IMG/VR virus record: IMGVR_UViG_3300032215_000682
Span: 1 to 64,000 of that record
Origin: a virus
DNA: 64,000 bases
Reading direction: 5' to 3' (one strand)
In this document: positions 41,301 to 50,159 of the stretch, in pieces
Numbering within the stretch: the stretch's first letter is position 1
Layout: each line of letters opens with the position of its first letter
Translations under genes and position numbers: made by a program
Notes under the pieces: model-generated
The model's input: only the letters and a program-made list of their open reading frames with translations
Told to the model about the DNA's origin: nothing
The model's database searches: none

Positions 41301-44300
41301 ATCTTCTTCTTTTTCATCAATATCTTTTCTTTTAAAACCTATTGTATTAGTTTTTTTATCATACACTTCTGTAGCAGATCCTGTTATTTTACCATTAGTA
41401 TCTTTATAAATTGTAGGAACATTGTGTATAGAGGGAATTCCTCCTTCTATAACAACATTTCCTTTTTCATTAAAATAAACAATTTGACCAGCATTATCTA
41501 CTAGAACAAGTTTAACATGAGTGTTTTTTTCTTCAATAGCATCTATTTCTTCTTTAGTTTTTGTATCATAACCATTTTCTTTCCAATAGTTATAATCATT
41601 TTCAAATAAGTCTTTAATAGCTTCAAGTCCTCCTAATCTTTCAATTAATTGAGAAGGTCTAAGCACTAACACTTTAAAATCATTAATAGTTTCTTTATTA
41701 ATTATCTGTTTTAAGCTATTCTGAGCTGTTTTAAATGCTTTGTCAACTGTTGTAGTGCCTTTTAGAAACAAATTGCCTACAGAGGTTCCTATGCTATGTA
41801 AAACAGAAGCAGGTACAGGTGGTGGTAATACTTTTTCAACATCATCAATATCAACATCAATTTCATTAGGAATATTTTCTGAATGTAATTCATTTATTCC
41901 TTTTTGTATTTCTATGTCATTATTTATTAATTCTTCAGCACTTACATCACCTTCTTCAGCTTTTGTATTAATATCTTCTATTTCTTTTTGAGAATACACT
42001 TTTTTAAATGGAGAAAGTTCTTTTACAGGTATATTATTTAATACATGTTCACCATCTACTAATGTTACAACATTATCAACAGGAAGAGAACCTAATTTAT
42101 AAGCATTTCCTTTATATTGAACATCATCATTTACTTTTAAGTTTTTAACAAACTCTTCTTTATTAATATTTCCTTCTAAAGGAATATCACTTCTTGATTC
42201 AATATTTTTAATAGCAGCTTCAATTTGAGCTTTTTGATGATCTTCTAATACTACACCAGATTCTCTTATTCTTTTTTCAAAATCTTCTAAAACTTGAATA
42301 GCATTGTCTTCCTTTTCTTGAGGTGTTCCTTCTTTAGCATAAATAGCCTCAGCTTGTTTAATAGCTTCATCAATATTTAAAGCAGCTTTTTTCTCTTGTT
42401 CTATTTCTAATTTTCTATTTTCTAATTTAGTTTTGATTTCATCTAAATTTTTTAAATACTCTTTAGAAATATTAGGAATATTACCTTCAGATTTTATAGC
42501 ATTTAATCCCTTGTCAAGTTCTGATGGGTCATTTATCTTTTTAATATTTGCATCAGAATATTCTTTATTAAATACTTCTAATGAAGATTTTGTATAATCA
42601 TTAGGAATTGTTTCTTCTTGAGCTTTTGCTATAGTTTCTTCAGAAGTGGGTATATTAGCAGCTTCTTCTTGATATTCTGCTTGTTTTTCTTCATTTTTAG
42701 TTAATAGAACAGCTTCACCAAGATTTTCTCTCTTGATTTCATTTTGAAATATCTCAAATTTTCTAGACTCTTTAACAGAATCAGAAAGATGTGGCATACT
42801 ATCTATTAAAGTATTCCAAGATTCATTTCTATCAAATATTTCTTTATATACATCCACTAATTTATTTCTTCTATCAGCTTCTTCTTTAGTTATAAAACCT
42901 TTTTCCACCATATCATCTATATTACTTTTATAAATGCTAGGAGACATTCCCACTCTATATTGACTATATTGAAGTTGTGTATTATTATTTTTCATTCCTA
43001 ATACACCTTCTAATGTAGATTGTGGAAGCATTGTTGCTATAGTTTGTAAAGCTGTATTAACAATGTTTTCTAATGTAAGAGGATCTGTATTTTGATAATC
43101 TTTTTTATAATTAGCTTGAGCATATTTAGTAGCAAAATGATTCATAAAAAGTCCCATTTCTTCTTCTAAAGTTTCTGCACCACTAGTTTTTAGAAATCCT
43201 TTTGCAAATTGTTTAAGAGCATCTCTATCTGTTTTATATAAAAATTTATATAATAGTGGAGCTGCTTCCTTACTTGTAATACTTTCTAATGTTCTTTCAA
43301 TAGCTTTTCTAAATACAGCATCATCTGTAAGTTTTATCAAATCATGTATCTCACCACCAGCAATAGCTAATTTAGTGTTTACTAAAGCATCTACACCTAT
43401 TCTTTCTGTAAGTCCTTCTATACCAGCTCTAACAGCTCCAAGCTTTGTAGATTGATTTAATGTAAGTCCTTTATCAAGTTCTTGTTTAATCATTTCAGGC
43501 CCAAATAAATATACAGAAGGAAGTATAAATCCTGTTGTTGTTCCTATAGCATATTTTGTAGCTTGTAATGTTCCAAGTTCTGCATATTGTGCAGCTTTAA
43601 CAAAAGCATTTGTACCTTCTTTAGCTAATAAACCTTCTTGATATTTTATTGTATTTCCTAATAAAGCTTCTTCAAGTCCTTCTCCTGCAAGTCCTGGTGT
43701 ACCTATTAACACCATATCAAGTCCTACATTACCTATTTGATATAACCAACCAGCAACATCTACTTTAGGCATCAATGTTCCAGCTTTCCATTTAACAGAT
43801 TCTAATTGAGAAAGATTAACTTTCTGACCATTTCTAGTAGTTTGGAGTTCTTGTGTATCTTCACCAGTATTCCATAATGATAATAATGCAGCTTCTTTAT
43901 AAGATGCTTTTCTACCATCATTTAATGTAATAGTGCCATCTTTACTAAAATCTGTAAAACCATTTGTTGCAGCAGCATAAGCTCCCCAAAATCCTGAATC
44001 TTTTTTTAGCATTAAAGCTTTACCTCCTAATAAAGAAAGAGCACCAAGTCCCACTTTACTAGCCCAATTAGAGTTTTCCCACATATTATTTAAATAATCT
44101 TGATGGGCTTCATAATGTGTTAAATCAGGAATTTCTTTTTTAATAACATCATCTACTCTTTTTATATATTTATTTTCTTCTTCAATTTTACTTTGAAGAT
44201 TTATTTTCATTTTAGTAAGGTCTGCATATTGTTGTTTACCTTCATCAGATAATTTGTTTACAGGATCTTTTAATAAAACATCAAACTGTTTTAATTGTTT

Positions 44301-45485
44301 ATTAATATCATCTAATATAGGTTGATCTTTATATTTTATTAAAGCTTGCAAACTCTGTTTATCATTTACAGCTCCATTATATAAATATCTTTGAACATCA
44401 ATAGACCCATCTTTCAATCCTGTTCCATGATTTGTTAATTGTAATTGAGCAAGAGCTTTTATTTCTCCATTCTCATTACCAGCATTTTGCACTTTAATTG
44501 CATTATCTATCCATTTATCTTTTAATGCTTCAGTGTTTAAAAGATTTGTATTCTTTAAAAATTTAACAGAGTTTTCTAAATCTTGATTAGTAGAAGTTAA
44601 ATCATTTAAATCTTGTATAGGATCTAACACTTTCTTACCATCTTCTGATTTAGTAGAAGAAATAGATTTATCTGTAGCAAGTTTAGTTTTTACATTTGTT
44701 AATAATTCATTTAAGGCTTTATAAGCTTTTTCTGAATTTTCTATTGTAGTAGCATTCTGTTTTTGTAAATTTTGTCTAATAACAGGATCTGATTCATCAG
44801 CTATTGCTAATTGTGCAGATGTAGAAGCAGTTTTATGTTTCCACATTTCATTTGTAATCTTAGCAGCCTCATCAGAAAGTTGCTTACTATCATAAACTGG
44901 AGTAGTTTCAGAATAAGTTTTCTTACCATCTTTGTTTACATCCACTTGATAACCTAAACCAGCAGTGTTTATATTATAATATTGTGAAGCATTTTCTAAT
45001 ACTTTTCCTAAATTATCAGAATATGTTGTAGCATCTATACTATTAGAAGGAAGATTAGAATTAGTTAAAAGTTTATTAGTTGTATTTCCTACATTAATAG
45101 TATTAGTAGTAGGTTTTAATAATGAAGTAAATTCATTAACATCTCCTTTGAATCCTTGTTGTTTATTATTTAAATAATGATCTACAATAAATCCAGAAGC
45201 TAATGGAACTGCTAAAGCACTAAATACCATTCCAGCCCAATCTGTCTTCTCTTCTTTTGGTGGAGCAGGTGTAAAAAATTCAGGAAATTTAGAATTAAGT
45301 TCTTCAGGAGTTTTATATTTTCCTGATGAAACTGTTGCTACATAATCATGAGCAGACTTTACTAAATTACTATCTCCATTAAATTCAGGAAATTTAGTAA
45401 GCAAATCTCCATCTGTTAAATATGGTTTTGCTTCTATTGTAGATTTAAAGTCATCTAATGTTTGTTGATTTATATTATTTGGCAT
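32349..45485 (-). CDS. Giant (4378 aa) virion RNA polymerase polyprotein with a zincin-like motif and a C-terminal SF1B helicase
   Basis: VRIPVQG...GSDFDIDK catalytic motif (~aa 3152), HEAYH (~aa 1765), helicase motifs GKAGTGKTT, DEASM, GDVGQLPP, RVRQ, YAITSHKSQGSTY, YTALTRP. Confidence 0.88.
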   Translation of the reverse strand: MPNNINQQTLDDFKSTIEAKPYLTDGDLLTKFPEFNGDSNLVKSAHDYVATVSSGKYKTPEELNSKFPEFFTPAPPKEEKTDWAGMVFSALAVPLASGFIVDHYLNNKQQGFKGDVNEFTSLLKPTTNTINVGNTTNKLLTNSNLPSNSIDATTYSDNLGKVLENASQYYNINTAGLGYQVDVNKDGKKTYSETTPVYDSKQLSDEAAKITNEMWKHKTASTSAQLAIADESDPVIRQNLQKQNATTIENSEKAYKALNELLTNVKTKLATDKSISSTKSEDGKKVLDPIQDLNDLTSTNQDLENSVKFLKNTNLLNTEALKDKWIDNAIKVQNAGNENGEIKALAQLQLTNHGTGLKDGSIDVQRYLYNGAVNDKQSLQALIKYKDQPILDDINKQLKQFDVLLKDPVNKLSDEGKQQYADLTKMKINLQSKIEEENKYIKRVDDVIKKEIPDLTHYEAHQDYLNNMWENSNWASKVGLGALSLLGGKALMLKKDSGFWGAYAAATNGFTDFSKDGTITLNDGRKASYKEAALLSLWNTGEDTQELQTTRNGQKVNLSQLESVKWKAGTLMPKVDVAGWLYQIGNVGLDMVLIGTPGLAGEGLEEALLGNTIKYQEGLLAKEGTNAFVKAAQYAELGTLQATKYAIGTTTGFILPSVYLFGPEMIKQELDKGLTLNQSTKLGAVRAGIEGLTERIGVDALVNTKLAIAGGEIHDLIKLTDDAVFRKAIERTLESITSKEAAPLLYKFLYKTDRDALKQFAKGFLKTSGAETLEEEMGLFMNHFATKYAQANYKKDYQNTDPLTLENIVNTALQTIATMLPQSTLEGVLGMKNNNTQLQYSQYRVGMSPSIYKSNIDDMVEKGFITKEEADRRNKLVDVYKEIFDRNESWNTLIDSMPHLSDSVKESRKFEIFQNEIKRENLGEAVLLTKNEEKQAEYQEEAANIPTSEETIAKAQEETIPNDYTKSSLEVFNKEYSDANIKKINDPSELDKGLNAIKSEGNIPNISKEYLKNLDEIKTKLENRKLEIEQEKKAALNIDEAIKQAEAIYAKEGTPQEKEDNAIQVLEDFEKRIRESGVVLEDHQKAQIEAAIKNIESRSDIPLEGNINKEEFVKNLKVNDDVQYKGNAYKLGSLPVDNVVTLVDGEHVLNNIPVKELSPFKKVYSQKEIEDINTKAEEGDVSAEELINNDIEIQKGINELHSENIPNEIDVDIDDVEKVLPPPVPASVLHSIGTSVGNLFLKGTTTVDKAFKTAQNSLKQIINKETINDFKVLVLRPSQLIERLGGLEAIKDLFENDYNYWKENGYDTKTKEEIDAIEEKNTHVKLVLVDNAGQIVYFNEKGNVVIEGGIPSIHNVPTIYKDTNGKITGSATEVYDKKTNTIGFKRKDIDEKEEDAATYRQSLEDLEALRKNPPISLISIQRMGMGIVTKFVTEPISTSSFIKNLNGKLEQAEYTLPDLKLFVSTTPSVDRVEGQSYLTDSKYGFNFPISRPYLANVQLQGFIDALIKIGTENNVSKTLNTFEARKAYLDRYVYFDDASINLIKNKNGEAFKINKSFFDGYSVSNIENVKAVGDFYYFNISENNSEAFKTALEHALGQKKLNIKSPENIENFNIPIFTEGKLSFTPANYEKFIIDNTEIYQDVNDNKDSNTLAENGVQAFPGTYMMLDNSNIVPETKQEVKQEIKQKPEKSIDDIFDTLNKDRKLESKFSKTEWNDVKNWWSNSPLSKYIDLNHFINIVNSGAHATFFNNVVTLYNTATPRMLYHEAYHGFSQLFLTKRQKTNLYNELRKKSGVVDVINESGNLVSKSYSQLTNREAEEVLGDNFEEYADSNGTMYFDKDLSKQTIFQKMWNFIKELISPDAIKNVYKQLYKGNFNNVPSLDNALFGKLNKAYTAEDGTIIGSVDVNNYINTIDSIITSGLERRGKMFVLFTADEKDKKKNFDGLYEIARLSIQEKLESKTLPQEQQDKLQFLYDNFNGKLGFEKTYIENSSIFSGIKTEEEIDEEEITSRDGAVEWAEKNKKSAIKQASKQIVFLMSTLSRGELNEFGFPKLLPLSTTWYRLQSQTQGITDPVEMYDVIVKLGNTYPEYKQLVNNDKDGTQRLPKLENYPDFNIKQISLLQSFIQAFSKPKIDLYEGVYDVTKGGFGFYNTKSATKAIDKLGAYYTANFKTIEESSYIIKNNIGENVLDVASVNKDFGVVKDGVTYLKKDKATRIAFIKSLGIDLSDVTINSKAFNDLITDNRDTLNQIFNGMNHLNSYGEKITSPIKDISGVASVIKEFKYKSEATNIDALLQIEVDATNEWQEDMAMLPSGDMKSQYSQFSKTSLIYAEINNKEKYPHLDDFIKVFPEYSVEASPTLYYTLWMNSLFQIRNEDGSIIKGEEFGKRRNSEIELIDIGGFKTKTDRDTVGNKTTDLFSVDKIFYDINSFFANNIVEHMRYGDKGSAFGTQIKYNTTNSNYPVAISEFDGELIPSPVQYIFEDYLKGTILEIQRYNKIYLKAKEEKGITIAKYDKTGNGFRMFTDILPEEIKQQILENINNNVDDIFKDIDIKLYLEKFFKDRVEVLKDKIRQGITNKGNFLSDEIGIKDTKGLSYSDALNAFVVSNYIYNYEQMMFINGDVTQFKSPEDVHKRLSADSATGDFSVMSPIIKYYLNATGREQEQHLFNKKSQVEEFYKSVVLKDREIISNYLKDYLNTVIKNSGKELNAEELINMDIDEAKEALKDAPFNIFNTLKAFKEVNETDALGLCTLDFYRNFKIIIGQWNDLAEKAYIKAAKGIELSNDELYYFVPIKAQYSGTIANTEQHFGQEMRIDAFDKFALIPMIPTAIKGKPLEGFNDKLVKENIGYGIFESGSKKAALQNNGEYENFENREVPYLTNDKYFHYLKEQVYIEPKVKPNIIFATQFNKLFNVDMFAEGKPISEKIGAISAKYNAARQQLVDIELKKVRKELGIRGENEPINFKALASLLQKEFKTKDVPDNIQDFIRTDNEGNLVYSLDSSLARQQITNILLSIVNNRLIKNKLNGDNFVQTAFTGWDKDSTLKLYEIKERENGEKYVSKMQVKVSINKFKPLLKLVDEIDEGKALIALNQLLKDEEWVKEHEAELTMVGVRIPVQGANSMLNCIVQEFLPASTGSLIVFPSEITAIAGSDFDIDKVSMYIPNFKEDGKLPRFNKKSSGEKINDRVLESFPGFVRQDVRDILESAENKKERDEQIEKYIIELYEHFSSIRDKSDAIHVKITALKQVLDKGIEEYTKDLPSTNKKSILQNEMISLLSESLEQPEMFESLITPNSTSVLKPLADEIKKIVGRGEKVGYSTLFDYSTQINQFEANLVGKKSLGIAAKNNTFSQLFKQHNVFLNNFFKYADGRVENKILLKHNFIQNGPYKNISLAKEYDANGEYKISEIISQFMNGFVDVAKDAWVFDLGATFEATPTLLYLNHAGVPIREAIYLVNQSIIREYLALKKLKNFQMGKLLNSLYQNNNFTDKKIKEILQAKFPVKEAIVQSSDIYNEETLKENISKSSNKTQRAYLEHYIELEQQAQGLRELTSALDFDTANLSSVFAAFEKEELYQQVLSKNIFNKEGIEAIKKDSVISMLDMNDFVKKNFTKFFKLVELPQVNEFLLSKINDASFGNKEVFESRFKNDLIGYAYNAFGNSFQTIRPQFNGEMINRLNTLLKDQPELIKKYSILKNLVGNTSTLRKDIVNLKLKSEIRETNDVNLAIDEIKKGLLDDNLEVREFFKDYISFAFIQSGLQKSPLYMTNLLPTEQISNEIEKVLPLMKEIVENNGALEEWYDKYFVPNNAQIIKPKVKRGLGLIKTVTQDGKKITVHTYPDEAYRLKTPVKIEIKSQEQKYIEETKNATPVNNVKLNPEQEIAVKGAIDFIKNGNPKEYYVIEGKAGTGKTTIAEQIVREFPNSATYVAALSHKAKSVIREKFRKSKIFARFESIASLLGQSMNLENGIFEAPQKGKSVPIENADIIIIDEASMINEQAMELIFEKKSKNSKVIFLGDVGQLPPIRTVENSYYKDKKELLSKKSPVFEGKNKSKLLERVRQGEDSPILPFADHFWENSQKNTPDENPAKERKNIISDKGALIFTNSFNDIKQDVLESFKEAINTNNPNHIKVVTYKNNTRQSINKFVHDSIFGVNSPEYNPNELIIFNDAYGDIENSFESQISTVSLPKRDGYDLSYVSAIILLEDVPREIDVIMSKDKEKYAELVSQKFKRAFALKGSPEYRNALEEAWGFKNKYAKIDYGYAITSHKSQGSTYDIVVVDEKDIMSVGPISNKEKSESIYTALTRPKNIAIVISSLKVEDSDVKIEELNSKYDNDKTKIPNLEIEDDIDQENISNNEDILPEEKTNENIEEEENPGCVVPF

Positions 45486-45486
45486 A

Positions 45487-47124
45487 TTATCTTACTGTTC
45501 CTTTATTTATTTGTGTATTATTAGAAGAAGCTGTTTTAGTTGCTGGTTTTAATCTATCTCCTATTGTAGCAGCAAAACTATTAATATCTATTGGAGTAGA
45601 AGCTTCAGTGTCCCATACATGTCCTTTAATACTATAAGTGATTTTATCTCCCTCAAGTTTTACTTTTGTCACTTCATCATCTTTTGGAATATTAAATTCT
45701 GCTTTATATTCAGGATCATTTAACCATTCTTGAATAGTTTTATTAACACTAGCTTGTACATCTGTAGATTTAGCACTAAGATTTTCAGCATTTTTTAATA
45801 GATTATTAAATTCTGCAACTTTTGGATTATTAGAAGTGTTAGCTAATTTTTTAATTTCAGCTTTAGTTTGTAATAGATTTTTCTGTCTTTGTTCTATTAT
45901 ATCTGAATGAGCTTGTGCTTTTTCTAATTCTAAATCATTAGTTCTTGTTGCAGCTTCTTGAGCAGCTTTTAGTCCTTTAGGTGTATGTATTCCATTAATA
46001 ATTAATGAAGGATCTGTAGCTTCACCAGTGGCAGGATTTAATGCTCCAGGTATAATTCTATCAGCCACTTGTTCTTGTATATGTTTACCAATAGCAAGTT
46101 TTTGCTCATAATCTTTTAGTCTATATGCTTCTTCTTTGTGAGATTTTAATGTAGAATAAGCATATGACTGAGCATTATCTAATGCATAATTATTCAATGT
46201 TTGTTCCATTAAATCATTTTTATATTTATTAACATCAGGATCTTTTGCCATTTTTGCCCATTGAGCATATTGAGCTTCAGCTTTTTGAGCATCTAAAATA
46301 TGTGTTTTATATCCCACCATATCATGCTTACTTGCAGCAATATTAGCAAGTCCATAAGCATTTTGAGCATTAGTACCAGCATCACTAGCCATTTTTCCAT
46401 AATCCATTCTAGCTGTGTTTTCCCAAGGTGTATTCTGATGTTCAAAATTAAATTTTCTTTGAAATTCAGCATAAGCTTGTGGGTCATTTTGAAACCTTCT
46501 TTTAATATTAGCTGCTAATGCTGCTTGATATTTAGTTTCAGTTTCATCAGTGTAGAGTCCACTGGCATCAGGTTTAAATTCATTAGTGGCATGTGTCTCT
46601 TTAGCTGCTTCATCTAATATTTTATTAAAATCAGCACTCTTATAAATATCTCCACTAAAATCATAATTTTTAATGTATTTTCCTTGTGCTATATAATTTT
46701 GATATTTTTGTAAAGGAAGAGCATTCCATGCACTAACAGTTTCACCTTTTTCTGTTAAATCATTATATTTTTTTAACTTTTGATGATAATCATTACCTCT
46801 TTGTACAACATTCTGAAAATCAGGATTTGATGTAATAGAATTAATATTTTGCTTAATTTGAGCTTGAACATTGCTGTTAGACAAATCATTAGAAGCTAGT
46901 CCATTAACACTTTCTGTTAATTTTTGTAAAGCTTGATTTTTAATATCAGTGTCAGCTCCAGGCAATGTAGGCATATTAGCTATATTATCTAATTGAGCTG
47001 TAAGATTATTAGCAGCTTTATCTGCCTGATCTTTTTGATGCATCACCCCATGAGCAAGAATATCTAAACTCACTGGAGGTACATATTGTGGAGAATTCTG
47101 TATTAGCTGACTTGAATAGTTCAT
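45487..47124 (-). CDS. Putative internal virion (cargo) protein
   Basis: 545 aa, helical, N-terminal QYVPP; lies just before the RNAP gene as in crAss-like genomes. Confidence 0.6.
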   Translation of the reverse strand: MNYSSQLIQNSPQYVPPVSLDILAHGVMHQKDQADKAANNLTAQLDNIANMPTLPGADTDIKNQALQKLTESVNGLASNDLSNSNVQAQIKQNINSITSNPDFQNVVQRGNDYHQKLKKYNDLTEKGETVSAWNALPLQKYQNYIAQGKYIKNYDFSGDIYKSADFNKILDEAAKETHATNEFKPDASGLYTDETETKYQAALAANIKRRFQNDPQAYAEFQRKFNFEHQNTPWENTARMDYGKMASDAGTNAQNAYGLANIAASKHDMVGYKTHILDAQKAEAQYAQWAKMAKDPDVNKYKNDLMEQTLNNYALDNAQSYAYSTLKSHKEEAYRLKDYEQKLAIGKHIQEQVADRIIPGALNPATGEATDPSLIINGIHTPKGLKAAQEAATRTNDLELEKAQAHSDIIEQRQKNLLQTKAEIKKLANTSNNPKVAEFNNLLKNAENLSAKSTDVQASVNKTIQEWLNDPEYKAEFNIPKDDEVTKVKLEGDKITYSIKGHVWDTEASTPIDINSFAATIGDRLKPATKTASSNNTQINKGTVR

Positions 47125-47151
47125 AAATTTTTATATATATTATATATAACA

Positions 47152-47183
47152 CAAAGATAATAAAAATAAATGAATATTCCTAA
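47152..47183 (-). promoter_or_regulatory. Promoter TTAGGAA-N17-TATCTTTG driving the cargo/RNAP genes
   Basis: Exact copy of the repeated motif. Confidence 0.75.
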
Positions 47184-47209
47184 TATCTCAGTGTTTTATG
47201 TGAATTTAA

Positions 47210-50158
47210 TTATTTTTTTAATTTTTTCTTTAACATTCCACCATATTTCTTCTTTTCAACAGTTTTAGTACTCACTTCACCTTTAGCATTTCTACTAGTG
47301 GTGTTAGTTACATCTGCTGAAGCATTATATGGAGCTGTCATTCCTGGAGCCATCCATTGAAATGTAGAATTAGGAGAATTACCATAGACATCTTGAATAT
47401 ATTTAGCAGAAGCATTATAAGCATTAGCATTATACATATTCTGTGTAGAAGCATTAGCATCAAATCTTTTCTGACTATCAATAACACCTTTACCTTTATT
47501 AATTAAGTCCATAAATCTATTTCTTTCTTGTAAATTTTGTTGGTCTACAGCAGAAAGTTCTCTAGCATTGAATTCATCAACACCTATCTTACCTTGTTGT
47601 GCTCTATTAAAATTATCACTATATATTCCTTGTTTAGCTCTCCATGTATTAGCAAAAGATTGAGCACTATTAGCAAGTCCCATAGGGGATGTATCTAAAC
47701 CTTTAGTTGTAACTCTAAATCCTCTATTAGCTTCTGCAATAGCAGGTTCTATATCTGTAGGTCTATAATTAATTAAATGAGGATTTAGTTGACTAGTTTG
47801 TAATGGGTCTTCTTGATATGTGTTCATTACAGGAAAAGGAAGTCCATTAAAATTCATTCCATTAGATTTTTGTCCAGAAGTTCCTTTAATTTTATTTACA
47901 TTAAAATTAGCTTTATCATTTGGTGATACAGGTGTAGTAGGTGTAACAGTCTCATCTTTTAACTCATTAATATTAGGAAATCTATAATCCCAAAGACCAT
48001 CTTTAAATCCAGCAAGTTTTTGATTATCTGTATAATTACTTCCTATTGGATTTTTGTAATAAGGGTCATTAAATGCTTCTCCTTTAGCTCCATATAATTT
48101 AACACCAAAGTCTGTCATAGGTTGATGTCCCATATATTCAGCAGTTTGCTTAGGGTATGTAGAAGCCATCCAATTTTGTAATGATGCTATATCTTTAGCA
48201 CCTTTATAACCTTTAGCAATAGCATCTTGATATATATGATCTACATTTTCATAACTACCTGTAGGCCCAAATTGTCCTGTTATTGTTGGAAATAGTCTTT
48301 GAAATGGAGCTTCTACATTTACATTATTTGTTTCTTCAATATTAAAAGGATTTGTTGGAGAAACATTATTATTTACATTTAAATTATAAGGAATTATATT
48401 AGGATTTTGTCCATAATATGTACCATCATTATTTACTTCATTTCCTTTTAGTAATGTTTTTCCACCTTCTTTATATTTAGAAATAAAACCTCCAACAGCT
48501 TTTTTCATTCCTTTAAATTCTCCTATTCCATTATGCATTTTAAATGCTTGTTGAATATTATAAATATTGTCAACTTTTTCATTTTTTATTTTTAAATTTA
48601 AATTAGCTGTATTTCTTTCAATAGAGTCAGCATATTTATTATTTAAATTCTCAACATCACTTTCTGTAGAGTATTTTTTAGCTTCTTCTGCAAAAGATTT
48701 TTCTTTTTTATTAGGCATAAACTGAAATTTTAGTCTATCTGATAATACTTTTGTATTAGGAGCATTAACTGGTATACCACCTTGCTCATGTTTAGGGCCT
48801 TGCATATCATTTATAAGACCTTCTGGTGATTGAATAGTTTCTCCACCTTCTATTTCAGAATTACTATTTCTTCTAGTAGTTCTAAAATCATTTACATTAA
48901 ACATCTTTGGAAGTTTGTTTGTAATAGAAGGAAGTGTTTCTTCTGATAATTGTTCTTTTGGAATGCCATTTTCATTTTCTTCTATTTCTCCACCAGTGTC
49001 ATATTTTATTTTACCACCATTGTGAAACTGTAAAGGCTTTCCTGTCTTAGCATCAAAATACTCCATTTCTCCACTTTCACCATCTTGCTTAGGTCTTGAA
49101 AAGTATTTTGGATATTGAGGTTGCATTTTAGGTACTTCATACTTACCTAAGATTGGTTGCTGTGTATTATCTCCTTGTGGAAATGGTTGAGTTATAGATT
49201 GTATGTTATTTTGAGGTCTGTTTTGTTTTTTTACTAGTTCAGATGTATATGATTTTTCAAGAGTATTGTTTTTTAATCCATTATAAGAATTAGTAATAGT
49301 TGTATAAGAAGGCTCATATTTTTGTGGAGATTTATTATTTTGTACTAAATTATAAGTAGCAAAATGTTCTCCATTTTGGTCATATACTGGATGATTATAA
49401 ACATTTTTATTTATAGAACCATTATCAAAAGTTTGAGTATTACCACCATCTCCATATTTAATAGTTCCTCCATAAGCATTAAAAAGCCCTTGTTTCATTT
49501 CTCCATGTAAATCATTTGGTGTGAAATTGGAGAATCCATCTCTAAGACTACCATCTAATTGAGAAAATAATTGATTATTATCATAGTTTTTAGTATATCT
49601 ATTCTGCATTGTATCACCAACAGCTTTAGCTATTCCTTTAGTGAAATCCTTTCCAGCAGATATTCCTTGTCCTATTCCTTGTGCAGGTGTTTCAGCATTA
49701 ATAGAATTAATTGTATGCATTCCTGCTGTAGTAAAATAATCTCCATGTCCTGACATTGGAAGAGAATATATTCCTTTTCCATATGGAGATTTTGTATTAT
49801 TTTTCTGATTAATTAATCCTTGAAAATCTATATTAGGAGCTGGTAATGGTATTCCAGAATTATCCACTCTATTTGCAGGATTTGCAGGATCATCAGGGAG
49901 ATTGGAATAAGGATTATCATCTTCTCTTGGTAGAGGCATAAAACCACCTTCACCATATTTTTTAGCAAATTCTAATAGATGTTTATCATATATGGGATCA
50001 CCTGAAATAAGTCCTCCTTCTGCTTTTTTATGAAAACCATGATGTTTTTTCAAAGTTTTAGCTAATGCTTTCCTTTTAGGAGTACATGTTGATTTTGTCA
50101 TTGGGGTACAATATCCTTTATGTTTAGGATTTATACCCATAAATTCTTTCTTTGACAT
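47210..50158 (-). CDS. Putative virion cargo protein with repeated xxGG motifs
   Basis: EIEGGE and GPKHEQGGI motifs, nine motif-like GG sites, basic N- and C-termini. Confidence 0.65.
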   Translation of the reverse strand: MSKKEFMGINPKHKGYCTPMTKSTCTPKRKALAKTLKKHHGFHKKAEGGLISGDPIYDKHLLEFAKKYGEGGFMPLPREDDNPYSNLPDDPANPANRVDNSGIPLPAPNIDFQGLINQKNNTKSPYGKGIYSLPMSGHGDYFTTAGMHTINSINAETPAQGIGQGISAGKDFTKGIAKAVGDTMQNRYTKNYDNNQLFSQLDGSLRDGFSNFTPNDLHGEMKQGLFNAYGGTIKYGDGGNTQTFDNGSINKNVYNHPVYDQNGEHFATYNLVQNNKSPQKYEPSYTTITNSYNGLKNNTLEKSYTSELVKKQNRPQNNIQSITQPFPQGDNTQQPILGKYEVPKMQPQYPKYFSRPKQDGESGEMEYFDAKTGKPLQFHNGGKIKYDTGGEIEENENGIPKEQLSEETLPSITNKLPKMFNVNDFRTTRRNSNSEIEGGETIQSPEGLINDMQGPKHEQGGIPVNAPNTKVLSDRLKFQFMPNKKEKSFAEEAKKYSTESDVENLNNKYADSIERNTANLNLKIKNEKVDNIYNIQQAFKMHNGIGEFKGMKKAVGGFISKYKEGGKTLLKGNEVNNDGTYYGQNPNIIPYNLNVNNNVSPTNPFNIEETNNVNVEAPFQRLFPTITGQFGPTGSYENVDHIYQDAIAKGYKGAKDIASLQNWMASTYPKQTAEYMGHQPMTDFGVKLYGAKGEAFNDPYYKNPIGSNYTDNQKLAGFKDGLWDYRFPNINELKDETVTPTTPVSPNDKANFNVNKIKGTSGQKSNGMNFNGLPFPVMNTYQEDPLQTSQLNPHLINYRPTDIEPAIAEANRGFRVTTKGLDTSPMGLANSAQSFANTWRAKQGIYSDNFNRAQQGKIGVDEFNARELSAVDQQNLQERNRFMDLINKGKGVIDSQKRFDANASTQNMYNANAYNASAKYIQDVYGNSPNSTFQWMAPGMTAPYNASADVTNTTSRNAKGEVSTKTVEKKKYGGMLKKKLKK

Positions 50159-50159
50159 T

